DNA of 64,000 bases from Octopus sinensis. Lineage: Eukaryota. Below the pieces are notes generated by a model. It had not been told where the DNA came from. It worked only from the letters and a program-made list of their open reading frames with translations, and ran no database searches. Of this stretch, positions 25,497-39,449 are shown piece by piece. The stretch lies in contig NC_043012.1 of NCBI RefSeq assembly GCF_006345805.1, positions 35,216,001 through 35,280,000 of the forward strand, written 5' to 3'. Position numbers and translations under genes: made by a program. Position 1 is the stretch's first letter; every line of letters starts with the position of its first letter.

Positions 25497-25809
25497 TATG
25501 TATGTATGTATGTATGTATGTATGTATGTATGTATATATACTTACATGCAAGCAAGTGCGCGAGCACATATACATGTAGCTGTTCCCTATACATATATGT
25601 ATTACACAAACGGATATCGTGTGTGTGTGTGTGACTATAGAACAGCTGCTGCTTATCAACAAATCCATTTCTGAGAAATATATCATACACATACATATAC
25701 GCGAGCGCACACACCACACCACACACACAAATACAGGCATTCACACACACACATGAATGCATTGACATACACATACACATCTGTGTGTAAAAACAGGTAT
25801 ATATATATT

Positions 25810-25910
<101 letters not shown>

Positions 25911-25954
25911 CATACCTTATTATTATTAAAGTTGCAAAGACATGACAAAAATTT

Positions 25955-25990
25955 GCTACTCAGAGTTTCACGTTCCCGTTCGTCGGAGAG
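25955..25990 (-). ncRNA. Hammerhead-like motif (core CCGACGA)
   Basis: ccgacga-acg-ggaa-cgt-gaaac-tctga-gta; stem III actc-t-gagt; stem I poor. Confidence 0.4.
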
Positions 25991-26084
25991 TTTAGTTCAA
26001 GTTTAGAGAAAAACAAAAGACGAAGACAGGTGTAAGAACAACAAGCAGGTGTGTTAGTTTGACGCTCGGGAAGAATGGGAAAGT

Positions 26085-26120
26085 CTTTTACGTTTCGAGC
26101 CTACGCTCTTCGACAGAAAG
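26085..26120 (-). ncRNA. Minimal type I hammerhead-like motif, core CUGUCGA
   Basis: cttt-ctgtcga-a-gagc-gtag-gctc-gaaac-gta-aaag; stems I and II perfect, ACGU palindromic stem III. Confidence 0.6.
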
Positions 26121-26367
26121 GATTAAGAGGAAATAAAGAGAGAGAGAATGAAAGACACGTGTTGAATGCAGTGGTGTGCATATGTGCGTGTATGCGCGTG
26201 AGCGAGTCTGTCCTTTCTCAAACTGCACCTGGTATTGAGTGCATCAACACCTACATGTTTACATATCTGTTTCACTAGTACCATATTCACCCCCCCCCCA
26301 CCACATGCATATACGCCTACTTCATGTGTGTATGTTTGTGTGTGTATAAATATATACACACACACAT

Positions 26368-26990
26368 ACTAGCAATGTATCCCGGCGTTGCCCCGGTTGT
26401 TATGACTTACAGCCACATTGTATTATTTGTTTCTTTCTTATGGGCAAAATCAACACACCTCATATATAGGGAACCGGATTACTGGCGTAATGGAAGTTAT
26501 TGTTTGTTTAAAAGTGGGGGTTGGTACAAGTTGCATGAGTTTACACGCAAGTGCTTTCTGTTCTTAAGAAGGATCACAAATTATGTATTGTTTCATCGTA
26601 TAAAACGGGGTTAATATGATTTTTCCCAGAAATCCCTTTTTTGAAATTTTAATTTCACCCATCCCCACGCAATTTCTTAACTTGTAACTTTTTTCGAATT
26701 TTCTTTTTTATCCACGTAGAAAAATACAGAGATTACGAATCTGCAGAATATATATATATATATATTTTAAAGTTTAATTCTTCTTAAAGGAACAATCAAT
26801 GCCCCTTGCTCCTCCTCACCCACCCATCACCTACCAACTTTCAAAAAGTTAAAATCTCCCAATGTTTCACTTTCGTCTGATGTTTCACGCATGCGTAGAA
26901 TTGTACTGAAATAACCGACGTAAAAGAATACCCGACCACCACCAGAAAACCCGACATGCTAGAAACAACACGACGTTATTTCTGAAGAAA
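26368..26990 (-). mobile_element. Non-autonomous Helitron-like element (3' end at 26368; 5' boundary uncertain)
   Basis: Minus strand ccgg-ggcaacg-ccgg hairpin followed by atacattgCTAG|T. Confidence 0.6.
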
Positions 26991-28057
26991 CTTATGGGAA
27001 TAAGATTTTAGTGATTCTTCAAGGAAAAAAGAAAATTCTTTAAAATTCTGTTTTTTTCTCCTTTTTACTCTCCCTTTTACTTGTTTCAGTCATTTGACTG
27101 CGGCCATGCTGGAACACCGCCTTTTAGTCGAGCAAATCGACCCCGGGACTTATTCTTTGTAAGCCCAGTACTTATTCTATCGGTCTGTTTTGCCGAACCG
27201 CTAAGTGACGGGGACGTAAACACACCAGGAGGACAAACACAGACACACAAACACATACACACACACACACACACACACATATATATGTATATATATATAT
27301 ATATATATACATATATACGACAGGCTTCTTTCAGTTACCGTCTACCAAATCCACTCACAAGGCATTGGTCGGCCCAGGGCTATAGCAGAAGACACTTGCC
27401 CAAGATGTCACGCAGTGGGACTGAACCCGGAACTATGTGGTTGGTTAGCAAGCTACTTACCATACAGCCACTTCTGCGCCTCCGTCGATTATTAAGAAAA
27501 AAAATTGGAAAAGAGTAAAAATGAAGAAATTGGGGAAGGGAGAGAGAAAATGAAAATATTGAGAACGTGTTTTTTCGGCGAAATCCTAATCTCCTGAATC
27601 GAAACCATAGGAATCGGAAGAAATTTAGGAAAAAAAAAATAATAATAAGTGGGGTGGGCGCAAATGTCACCTTGAACAACGGGTAAAGAATGTGGTTTCT
27701 GGGAAAACTTCCTTTAACGTTAAGGTTTTTAATTACGTTCATCACGAACATAAATTACAGAATAGAAAAAAAGTCAATTCAATTGGATTTGAGGTGTAAT
27801 TTTGGGCGTGCACGCAGCAAGAAAAAACATAATTCGTACAGAAGTTTTACCTAGAGTGTGTGAGAGAGACTTTTGAATTTTCACAGCGTACTGCTGCGTC
27901 TCCAGACAGCTTTCAATGGTCCTAGCGTGACGCATCTGAAGAACTGCTGAATTTCTTCGAGAAAACTGCAGAGTATCATGCCACTGGACTGGCTTAAGGA
28001 AACAACAACATTCTACTTAAGTATTGAGTATTTCCCAGCCCACGTTTCGAATCGGCG

Positions 28058-28133
<76 letters not shown>

Positions 28134-28946
28134 AAAATGGAACAAAAACGGAATAGAGAGCATTAAAACGTTTAGACAGTTACACGTTACAAAGCGGACA
28201 AGAGAAACAACAATTTGAAGGACAGACAAAAAAAAGACGGGTCATTCTTGGCTTTCTTTCATCAGTCAAGTCCCACAAGACCATTTCGGGCAGTTACACT
28301 TGAGATGGTTCGATCTGGTTGTTCCCCAAAAAGTCTAAGCTAAGAGGATTATACCTCTTTGTAAGAAAGCTAGCGAATGTGTACGGCAATAAAGACAAAA
28401 AGAAACAAAAAAAAAAACGGAGAACTTGGTACACAAATACGAATATAAACAACAAGAAATAACAACAGGCGTCTTTCGAATCAAATTGAGCTGGCATGTA
28501 TGAAGTGAAAGCATAAAGGCAGGAACATGGGAGATGGTCACAAGAGGTGTTGGCGGTCGGCAGTCAGGCCAGGAAAGAAAGATCATGGCTAGCCAGACTC
28601 CAGTCACGTGGAAGGAGGAGCGATGGGTAGGGGACAGCGGGATTGAAGGATTAGAAAAAAAAATCAAAGACAAAGAGAAAGAAACAGGGGAGATAAACGA
28701 GTGGGAAATAGTGGGAGTTAAAGAAAGAGAGGGCCAAGAAATGTGAGAGAGAGGGGGAGCGAGAAAAAGAAAAAGGAAGAAAGTAAGAGGGGACTAAATG
28801 ATAAAGTAAGAGTCGTACAAAATTTAGATACACACCTACTATAAGGTGAGTACAAGGGTATATGTATACAAGAGAAATATCAATTAGGACAGAGAAAAAC
28901 AAAGACGGGTCATTCTTGGCTATCTATCTATCTATCTATCTATTTA

Positions 28947-29005
<59 letters not shown>

Positions 29006-29525
29006 CTCTATCTATCTATCAACATTTTCCTCTCTGGTCAATCTCTCATCAACTTTTTCAAGTATCACTTGAAAAGGAAGGTGAGAGTAGAGAGGCAAGT
29101 TTTGTCTAGTGACTGTTTCAAAAAAAAAGATGGGTAAATGTAGCAAGGATGGCACGAATGAATGACGAAGCCACCTTGAGCAAGATCTTATGAACCGTAA
29201 AAAATTTAATACAGAGTTACTTATTTGTAAATAAATGTTAATATGTGACGTAATTGCCCGAGGTTACTGTGGTCTTTTCGTAGGTTTTTCTTTCCACAGA
29301 TAAACCTCCCCATTTCTTGGGAACTTTTTGTACTATTTCAACATTTTTTGTATATATTCCCAACGATTTCTCTCCATTTTGATCGTTGTCCCTATTTTTT
29401 TTCCCTTTATTTTCGCCCCCCTCGAAAAGAAAAACTCTACATTGTAATTGTCCCCTCTGTGTTTAGCCCTACGTGGCCAATAAAGAAATTTATCTAACTA
29501 TCTATCTTCTGTCTGTCTGACTGTC

Positions 29526-29639
<114 letters not shown>

Positions 29640-30499
29640 CCTACCTACCTATCTATCTGTCTGTCTCTCTCCCGCTTTTTCTCTATCTAGCTGTCTCTAT
29701 GTCTGTCTGTCTTTTGATTTATACGTGTGTGCGCGCGTGGGTAGGTGTGTATGTGTGAGCGTGACTAATCGTGTGTATGTATGAATATGTGTTTGTGTGT
29801 GTGTGCGTTTGTATCTATGTGTATGTGTGTGTGTGTGTATCATGGGCATTGCTCATCCAATCCAGTTCTGAGAACAACTCACATTCACGTACATGTATAT
29901 ACATACACACACTTACATACCCACACACAGATACATGCATACGTACACACACACGTATATCTTGTTTATCGTGTTTTGTCTTTTTTTTAAATTTCTCTCT
30001 CTTTCGATTTGTTCTGAAAGTGAGTCACTCCTGGTTGAGTAAGTCTATGATTAAACGCTTTCCTATTGTGACCACCCCGTGTTGTATTCAGCGAAAAATA
30101 GTGTACATTTATCGTGACCTTCTCTAATTTGTAGATTAGGCTCTGATTTGATGGAGATTTGGTTGCTGTTACTTGCAGATCAGTTGACCAGACGTAAATC
30201 ATTATGACCACAGGTCATATTGTTCAGTACTCCACTGATTTCACCAACCAGTTTCTAGATTAGCAGACATGGGGGATAACGAATTTGTCTGTTGATTCAT
30301 TGGTTGTGAGTTCAAACCATGGCAGGGGAAGACGGTGGTGCTAACGTCAGTTACTTCGTCCATGTGGCCCTTTTAACAGATTAAGTTTATCTCGTTGTGG
30401 GGAAACAGGGTTCAATACTCATGTGATGTATTTGTCCTCCACCACCGTCTGATAACCGTCGTCGGTTTGTTTACGTCTCCGTAACCTAGCAGTTCGACA

Positions 30500-30720
30500 G
30501 ATCACTTTGTGCCATCTCGCCTGACTCGAAACTCGCAGCATCTTCATTCAAATGCTGCCGTGCTTCCACGAATAAAGAAGTCTTTTTACGGTCGTAAGAT
30601 TTTTTCCTCGGAACTAACAGACTCTGGAACTCCCCCCCATCTCACCATTTCCTTCCTTCTTATCACCTGAACTTTTTCAAGTCTCAATCAAATTCTTTCC
30701 TTTCATCTTGATTTCTCCTT
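30500..30720 (+). pseudogene. LINE (CR1/L2 group) 3' fragment
   Basis: SRLTRNSQHLHS..(FF)PRN*QTLE / LWNS..FP-like C-terminal remnants with frameshifts. Confidence 0.45.
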
Positions 30721-31147
30721 CTTCACGGTTTCTTACACTAAGTGGTTTTTCACCTTCTTTGGAACTTTACTAAAAAAACAAAAAAATGAAAATAAAAAAA
30801 CAGCCAATAAATTAAGTACCAGACTTGGAATAAATACAAGGGTCGATTTGTTTGACTGAATCCTTGAAAGCGGTGCCCCAGCATGGCCACATTCCAGGGA
30901 CTAAAACCCTCAAAACATAATGTGGTAAGGGATGCCAAACTTAAGAAGGAATTTCTTTGGGGTACAAGGCATAGATGTTAGGTTATCGCTGACGCCGGGG
31001 AAGAGAACCGCTAGAGTGTCGGATAGAATGCATTGTGATATTTAATCCGCTACTCGTAGTTCAAATCTTACCAAAGTCAACTTTAATCTTCATCCTTTCG
31101 GGGGTTGACAGATTAAAAAAAAATGCAGACAAGGATTGGAGGGTAAC

Positions 31148-31157
31148 TGCTTCTTCT

Positions 31158-31192
<35 letters not shown>

Positions 31193-31445
31193 TTCTTCTT
31201 CTCCTCCTCCTCCTCCTCCTCCTCCTACTCCTTCTTCTTCTCCTCCTCCTCCTCCTTCTCCTTCTTCTTCTCCTCCTGCTGCTTCTTCTTCTTCTTCTTC
31301 TTCTTCTTCTTCTTCTTCTTCTTCTTCTTCTCCTCCTCCTCCTGCGTCTTCTTCTTCTACTTCTTCTTCTCCTCCTCCTCCTCCTGCTTCTTCTGCTTCT
31401 TCTTCTTCTTCTTCTTCTTCTTCTTCTACTACTACTACTACTACT
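31148..31445. repeat. (TTC)/(TCC)n compound array
   Basis: Directly visible. Confidence 0.95.
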
Positions 31446-31696
31446 TCTCCCTCCATTCTATCCCTCCCCTTCTATCTCTGAAATAAATTGTTTGTTGTCA
31501 AAAATGGAGGGTGAAGGAGCAAGTACACCGCCAGGTTTTAAACTGTCATCACATCGGCTCCTATGACTCCATCAGGTGTCGAAGAGCCACAGGAAGGCAC
31601 AGCACGAAGTATTCAGCCAGTTAAGGAGATGACCTCCATTAGGGTAAACTGAATGAGGAGATATTAGGACGGTAGGAACTTCCATTGGCGTGCTAT

Positions 31697-31757
31697 ATCT
31701 ATCTATCCACCTACCTACCTACCTACCTGCCTACTTACCTACCTACCTACCTATCTA

Positions 31758-31799
<42 letters not shown>

Positions 31800-31811
31800 C
31801 CTACCTATCTA

Positions 31812-31878
<67 letters not shown>

Positions 31879-31879
31879 T

Positions 31880-31920
<41 letters not shown>

Positions 31921-31941
31921 TTCTATCTATCTATCTATCTA

Positions 31942-31976
<35 letters not shown>

Positions 31977-31981
31977 TTCTT

Positions 31982-32026
<45 letters not shown>

Positions 32027-32027
32027 T

Positions 32028-32064
<37 letters not shown>

Positions 32065-32065
32065 T

Positions 32066-32098
<33 letters not shown>

Positions 32099-32108
32099 TT
32101 CTTTCTAT

Positions 32109-32199
<91 letters not shown>

Positions 32200-32200
32200 C
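31697..32200. repeat. ~500-bp (TATC)n array (shorter ones at 16810-16890, 18428-18610, 21848-21975, 28059-28131, 29525-29660)
   Basis: Directly visible. Confidence 0.95.
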
Positions 32201-33310
32201 ATTCGCCTTCTTTTGATTCAATTCTGTTCCTCTCACCCTCTCCCTTCCCTCCCCCACTCTTCTATTAATGCCTCACTACTTTCTTCTGTAATTTTTCTCT
32301 CCTTCTCTTCTCTCTGAGCTTGTGTTTCTTTGTCTCATTTCTTATCCCACTCCCTCTTCCTGCTCCTCCCCCACCTTTCATCTTTACTCTTTCATTTCTC
32401 TTGTATTCTTTTCCCCATCTTATGTAACCCTCATCAATTCTTTACCATTTCTCCATCTCCTTAATCTTTCTCTCCCGCTCTCCCTCTCTTCCTCTCTTAC
32501 TTTTCTTCCTCAACACTTCATTCTGTCGTCTGCTTCTTACAGTTACCTTTCCCGCCAATCTCTTCCCTCCTACTCCCTCTTTGAATCTTTTACATTTCCT
32601 TCCTGTTCTCTTTCCTTCACCTCAGCCTCTCATTTTCCTTATCCTCCTTTCTTCCCTTTTATTTTCCCTCCCTCTCTCTTTTATACCCTCTCGTCCTCTC
32701 ATTCCCTGCAACATCTACCACATTCATCGGTCTACATCCCTTCCTCCCTCTCTCTTTTCATTCCTACCTCCCCTTCTCAAACCACCTACACATTTCCCCC
32801 TCTAATCTCATCTTCTTTTCTCTCTCCCTCTCCCTCACACTCCTTAAACACTTGCTTTTCCACCTTACACTTCCTCTCCATATGCCATTATTTCTTCTAC
32901 TCCAATTATCAACCTCCCCCTCTCTCTTTAAATCAATGCTTTTTTTTGTATCCCTTCTACCTTTCGTACTCCTCCTACACCTACACCTCCTTCTCTTTCT
33001 TCTGTCTTTCTACGCTCGCAACTCTGTCTCTGTCTCTTTCTGTCACTATCACCCTGCCCCTTCGTCCTCCTCCTCTATCGTTTCTTTTCTCTCTTCCCCC
33101 TCCTCCTCTCTCTAGTCTCTTACTATTTCACCAACTTCTTTCATCCCGTGACACCTCCGCTTCCCACTATTCATCTATAAATCCTACACCCCTCTCTTAT
33201 CTTCATAGCATATTTCTCTTTCTCTTCCCCCCTCTCTCTCTATATATATATATTTCTGACCTCACATCCCCCTCCTTCTTTCTCTCTACTACTCTGTCCT
33301 CCCACTATTC
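32200..33310. repeat. ~1.1-kb pyrimidine-rich low-complexity tract (mirror purine-rich tract at 33455-33960)
   Basis: G nearly absent on the + strand in 32.2-33.3k; GA-rich on the + strand after 33455. Confidence 0.9.
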
Positions 33311-33314
33311 CCAC

Positions 33315-33456
33315 TCACCAATCAGTCACGCAAGAGACACGAGTTGAAGATCGATACCTACGTCAGAGGATCGAGATGTTTGCGTGGGAGTTTGTTATCA
33401 GGACAATATGACTGATAGCGGCGTCGGGGAGAGTGTGGTTGGTCGCGCGCGCGCGT

Positions 33457-33499
<43 letters not shown>

Positions 33500-33535
33500 G
33501 CATAATGGAGGCAGGACTTTGTGCACGTGAATGAG
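33315..33535. promoter_or_regulatory. Candidate promoter-like island
   Basis: accaatcag (CCAAT 33318-22), tacgtca (33359-65), (CG)6 at 33444-55, cacgtg (33524-29), GA repeats; CpG-rich relative to the flanks. Confidence 0.3.
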
Positions 33536-33768
33536 TGAGAGAGACATTATGAGAGAGAGGAAAGAGAAGTTAAGACAATTACTGAGTAAGGAGTGAGAGA
33601 GAGAGAGAGAGAGAAGGAGGGAATCAATTTAGGCAATAGGTGAGTGAGTGAGTGACAATAATTGAGTGTAAAATATATGAGTGGGAGTGAGAGAAATTGT
33701 GCGTAGGAGAGAGTGGGAAAGGAATGAATGAGTGTAGCCAGAAGCAATGAGTGAGTGAAAGAGTGAAT

Positions 33769-33816
<48 letters not shown>

Positions 33817-34127
33817 CGAAAGAGAGGAATGAGTGAGTAGGGGAAAAGATATGTGAAAAAAGGGATACTAAATGAATGACAGAGCGAAGAGAGGGGAAGT
33901 AGAGAAGGGGCTTGGATGTAAAGTGAAAGGAGAGAAGGAGAGACGGAGATAAATAAAGGGAAAATATGTATATATGTGTGTATAATTAAATATGCTATTT
34001 GCGAGTGTATATAACTGATAAACAGCATCTGTAAGGGAAAATTAGCCATATACATGCCTGCGACTACAGGTAATTAACATACACACACACATACACATAT
34101 AAACGTGCGCACGCGTATATACAGTAT

Positions 34128-34173
<46 letters not shown>

Positions 34174-34719
34174 TATATATAATACAATATATATACACAC
34201 AATATATATATATATATATATGTTACTCTTTTACTTGTTGCAGTCATTTGACTGCGGCCATGCTGGAGCACCGCCTTTAGTCGAGCGAATCGACCCCGGG
34301 ACTTATTCTTTGTAAGCCAGTACTTATTCTATCGTCTCTTTTGCCGAACCGCTAAGTGACGGGGACGTAAACACACCAGCATCGGTTGTCAAGCAATGCT
34401 AGGGAGACAAACACAGACACACACATATATATGAATATACATATATATATATTATATATATATATATATATATCTATATATATATATATATAGAATATAT
34501 ATATAGATAACATATACGACAGGCTTCTTTCAGTTTCCGTCTACCAAATCCACTCACAGGCATTGGTCGGCCGGGGCTATAGCAGAAGACACTTGCCAAG
34601 ATGCCACGCAGTGGACTGAACCCGGAACATGTGGTTGGTTAGCAAGCTACTTACCACACAGCACTCATAGATATACATATATGTATGTATATATATATAT
34701 ATATATAGATATATATATA

Positions 34720-34781
<62 letters not shown>

Positions 34782-34904
34782 GTATATATATATACATACA
34801 TATATGTATATCTATGTATGTATATTTATATATATATATGTGGGTGTGCGTGTATTTATATTCATAGACACACACAAATGTATCATCACATGTCACACTC
34901 CCTA

Positions 34905-34936
<32 letters not shown>

Positions 34937-34968
34937 TATATCTTATTATATATATATATATATATATA

Positions 34969-35082
34969 AATCAGCCGAAATTGCGAGGATGATGCGGTTC
35001 TTGACTGAAGATTAGAGGCTTCGAATGACCAGTCCGTGTTTCTGTATCGTCTATTTGAATGTTACGTTCTTGTCACATTTTG

Positions 35083-35113
<31 letters not shown>

Positions 35114-35154
35114 GCATGTATATATACATGTCTAGTATGTGTGTATGTACGTAG

Positions 35155-35185
<31 letters not shown>

Positions 35186-35319
35186 GATATGTAAAAAAAA
35201 ATACAAACTGTGACAAGAACGCATAACACTTAGAAGACGATACAACAAACACAGACAGGACATTCGAAGCCCTCAGTCTTCAGTCAAGAACCGGATCATC
35301 GTAGTAATTTCGGCTGATT
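34969..35319. repeat. Diverged inverted repeat around a (TA)n core
   Basis: aatcagccgaaatt..ttcttgactgaaga..cttgtcaca versus tgtgacaag..tcttcagtcaagaa..tttcggctgatt. Confidence 0.85.
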
Positions 35320-35699
35320 ATATATATATACATACTTACACACATATATGCATTTACAAATATATGTATATACATATATATATGTATCAATATGCACACA
35401 CACACATACATTCATTAATTGCTTCTCCCCCATCGGTCTCCTTCTGTTCCCCACCCCTGTCATAAATTGACGGGGTTGATACAAAGGTGGGGGGAACCCG
35501 GTCGTTCACTTCTCGTTGTTGTAAATGTCCTTTCGAGAAACTGTCCTCGTCTTCACCTGTTGCGGTTGAGACAGGATGTCTCTTGCGTCGCATTGTTTCC
35601 CTCTTAGCAATGATGACGGGGATATCTCATTTACTTCCTCCCGAGCTCTACCTCATCTTCCGAACGTTAACCTGAATAATCACCATGATCTGTTGTATT

Positions 35700-36300
35700 A
35701 GGATTGGAGTACCTTTTGATGTCTTTTGCTGCCACATGTGTAGCAGCTGGTCCACCTTCCGTGGATGCTGACTTTTAAAGTCTTTCTCTTGGTATTCCTT
35801 TACAGAGACACAGTCCTGGTATTGCTTTACCGTGATCTCAGCCGGTTGTATATCGTCAAAGCTACATCTATGCGACCACCTTTCCGTATTGTGCCATGAA
35901 GGTGACTACAAGCCAGAGATGGGGAGACACCAACACTGATGTCTTTGACGGTCACCATTGGAATTCTTCTTCCCAAATACTGTAGAACCAGCTTACAGAC
36001 AGTCGTGTCATGTTCAAATTGGATTTGCACTTTAGTCTCTCCCTCGTGGTAGCGTATAGCCTCTCTATGTTTTAAAGATGGCATATGTGGTCGCAAATGT
36101 CCTACCACAGCTAATAAAAGAGATTTCACTTGATATATCGACCAAATCTATCTCCAGGTCATCTACGGATGGAACGACGAAAGCTCTTATAAGCTTTGGA
36201 AAATCACAGGTTAAGTTACCCCACCTACCTTCTCCTGTATGCGTCAATAATGGATCGTAATATACTGGTTCCTGCCTCGTGAGCAAAATACAACCAGGCT
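35700..36300 (-). pseudogene. Decayed LINE ORF1-like fragment with a zinc-knuckle remnant
   Basis: Minus strand KVSIHGRWTSCYTCGSKRHQKVL (~35705-35775) resembles the GR.P.CX2CX4H gag knuckle; surrounding frames are broken. Confidence 0.4.
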
Positions 36301-38238
36301 TACGTTCTTTCAGTTAAATGTCCCTATCTGAATATTTAAATATTTTTCTTCGAAAGAATGTTTGCCAAGAATTGTTCTTAGTTATTCCTATTCCCATTCG
36401 ACGTAACATGCGCATTTACACTCCTCATCTTGTTTATTATGCTGCATTTTTCTATTTGATTATTTTTCTATCTTTTACTTTTTTCATTCATTAGATTGCG
36501 GCCATTCTGGGGCACCGCTTTGAAGAATCTTTTAGTCGAAAGGATTGACCCCCGGACTTTTTTTTAAAGCCTGGTACTTATTTTATCGGTCGAACCGCTA
36601 GGTTACGGGGATGCAAACAAACCAACACTGGTTGTCAAATGGTGTTGGAGGACAAACACAGACACAAAGACACGCGCACACACACACACACACGTATACA
36701 TACGTTTCCGTCTATAAGGTTTTGGTCTACCCTAGGCTATAGTAGAAGACACTAGCTCATGGTGTCACGCTGGGGGATTGAACCCGGAACAACGTGGTGG
36801 GAAGCAAACTTTTTACCACGCAGCTATGTTCACTAATTTTTTTTTTTTTTGCATTTTCTTTTCTGTTGTTTCGTTTTGTATTCTGCGAACTTACCGCAGG
36901 GCTCATCGAAAGAAAGAAGCCAGTTTTAGAATTTAAAAGAGGTACCTCTTCTCACATTACAAAAAGCCCACCTTACTGCCTAAACCCAGTAACAAATTTA
37001 AAAAAGCCCTCGAAATATCTGCCAAATTAGTAGTAAAGTACTACTACAGCTGCTGCTGCTGATGACGACGACATCTTTTATTCTCCACAAGGGCATCAGA
37101 TAGGGGTGGGGTATTACAAGGACAGTTATCAATTTGTGTTGGGTTACATCAATGATGAGGAGAAATATAGGGGGAAAAATGAGAACACGAAATAAAATAG
37201 GCGCAGGTGTGGCTGTGTGGTAAGTAGCTTGCTTACCAACCACATGGTTCTTGGTTCAGTTCCACTGCGTAGCACCTTGGGCAAGTGTCTTCTACTATAG
37301 CCTCAGGCCGACAAAAGCCTTGTGAGTGGATTTAGCTGACAGAAACTGAAAGAAGCCCATCATGTGTATATATATATGTGTGTGTGTGTGTGTCTGTGTT
37401 TGTCCCTCCACCATGTTGGTGTGTTTACGTCCCCGTAACTTAGCGGTTCAGCAAAAGAGACTGATAGAATAAGTACTAGGCTTACAAAGAATAGAATACA
37501 AAGAATGTGAATATACGAATGATGCAGCCGTTCAGGTAGAGGAGAAACCTCTAACTAGGGCAAATCAGGAAACCCCACAGGCTGAAGATCTCTCTGACCA
37601 CCAAGGGTCGAACGCTTGTACAAATGTTGCCCCCCAGTCAACAGACGCATGCTTAGAGGAGGTTCGTTCACTCTAACCTATTTTTGCCACAGTCACCCAT
37701 CTTCCCACAAATTCTTTGGGAATTAACACTTCCCTCTCTCCATCTTCACTCTCTTTTTCAAGTGGAACTTCAGAAAAGCCGATGAGGGCTCGACCGAAGA
37801 GGAAGGTGTCTCTCTCAGTCCTTTCAACAGCGTTTACCACACAACTTCTTTCGTCATAGCCATAAGATACAGGAACATCGCTTGTTCTGCTCTGTTAAAG
37901 GTGGGTAATATGGTGACCCTCACGAGAGATCCGCCCATCGTCGGGATCGTCCTACACGCGACAACAACAATAATTCGACAATCAGCCTTGCTTCAAATTT
38001 CGACACAAGGCCAGCAATTTCAGGGGTGGGGCGTAAGTCGAACACACTGATCTCGTTGCTGTATTGGTCCTTATTTTATCGACTCCGAAAGGATGAAAGG
38101 CTAAGTCATCACCAGCGGAATTTGAACGCAGAACGCAAAAACGGACGATATGCTGCTAAGCATTTTGTTCGGCGCACTAATGTTTCTGCCAGCCCCAAAA
38201 ACAATGTCTATACGCGCGTGTGTTTGCGGGTTGAGGAG

Positions 38239-38290
<52 letters not shown>

Positions 38291-38407
38291 GTCCAATGCA
38301 CATATGACACCAACCAGTTGTATCAAATGAAACAGTTTATTGATCATTACAGCATTGTATGCGGTGTGCATGTTATGTGCATTTGTGCGTGTGTATGTGT
38401 ATGTGTG

Positions 38408-38439
<32 letters not shown>

Positions 38440-38613
38440 CAAGTGCGTACACACATTTGCGTGGGTGGGTTTAAATATAGACCGCGGAGATATTGGCTAA
38501 ATGTATTGGTACATGTAAACAAACGCTTAAATATGTGTGCATGCGCGTTGTGTGTGTGTGTGTGTGTGTGTGCGTGCGTGTGTGTGTGCACGCAGTAATA
38601 AATGGTGTGTATA

Positions 38614-38670
<57 letters not shown>

Positions 38671-38780
38671 GAGGAGGAGAGATAGATAGATAGATAGATA
38701 GATAGACATATATACGTATATACATACATATGTGTATACATATATACATATATGAATACGTATGTGTATATATATATAAA

Positions 38781-38815
<35 letters not shown>

Positions 38816-38871
38816 CATACATATGTATATAGAGTGAGATAAATAGATTCATACATCGACATATACATATA

Positions 38872-38908
<37 letters not shown>

Positions 38909-38930
38909 TTATATATACACGCATATATAC

Positions 38931-39056
<126 letters not shown>

Positions 39057-39449
39057 TGCATATGTGTATGTATACATATACGCACACGCACTCATACATA
39101 CATACATCCCACCATACATCTTCCGCGTTTAACTCCGAATTATTTCCCGTCCTTCCTCCTCCCATATTTTCTGCCTCTCTCCACTTCGACCTTCTCTTAT
39201 TCCTTCTTTTATTGCTTTCTCCACGCATTCTACCTCTTACATAACCTCCACCTTCTTCAGAAGTGTTATCTTTTTTTTCTTTCTTTTTTTTTTTCTGAGA
39301 TATTTTCTGAGATTGTGCACAACATAAACTGGGCTGCTCATATAAACAGCAAAGGTGACATGGTCCGTAGAATGTGTTCCTGGATTCTCAGAACTTTCCA
39401 GTCGAAAGATGTCCACACCATTTCCCTTCTCTTCTCTACTTTTGCCTGA

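Noticed and set aside
37575-37620. ctgaaga..gacc-accaag-ggtc-gaac; also ctgagga at ~43790 and ccgatga at ~37790
   Set aside because: GAAA is incomplete or the spacing is wrong; too degenerate to call.
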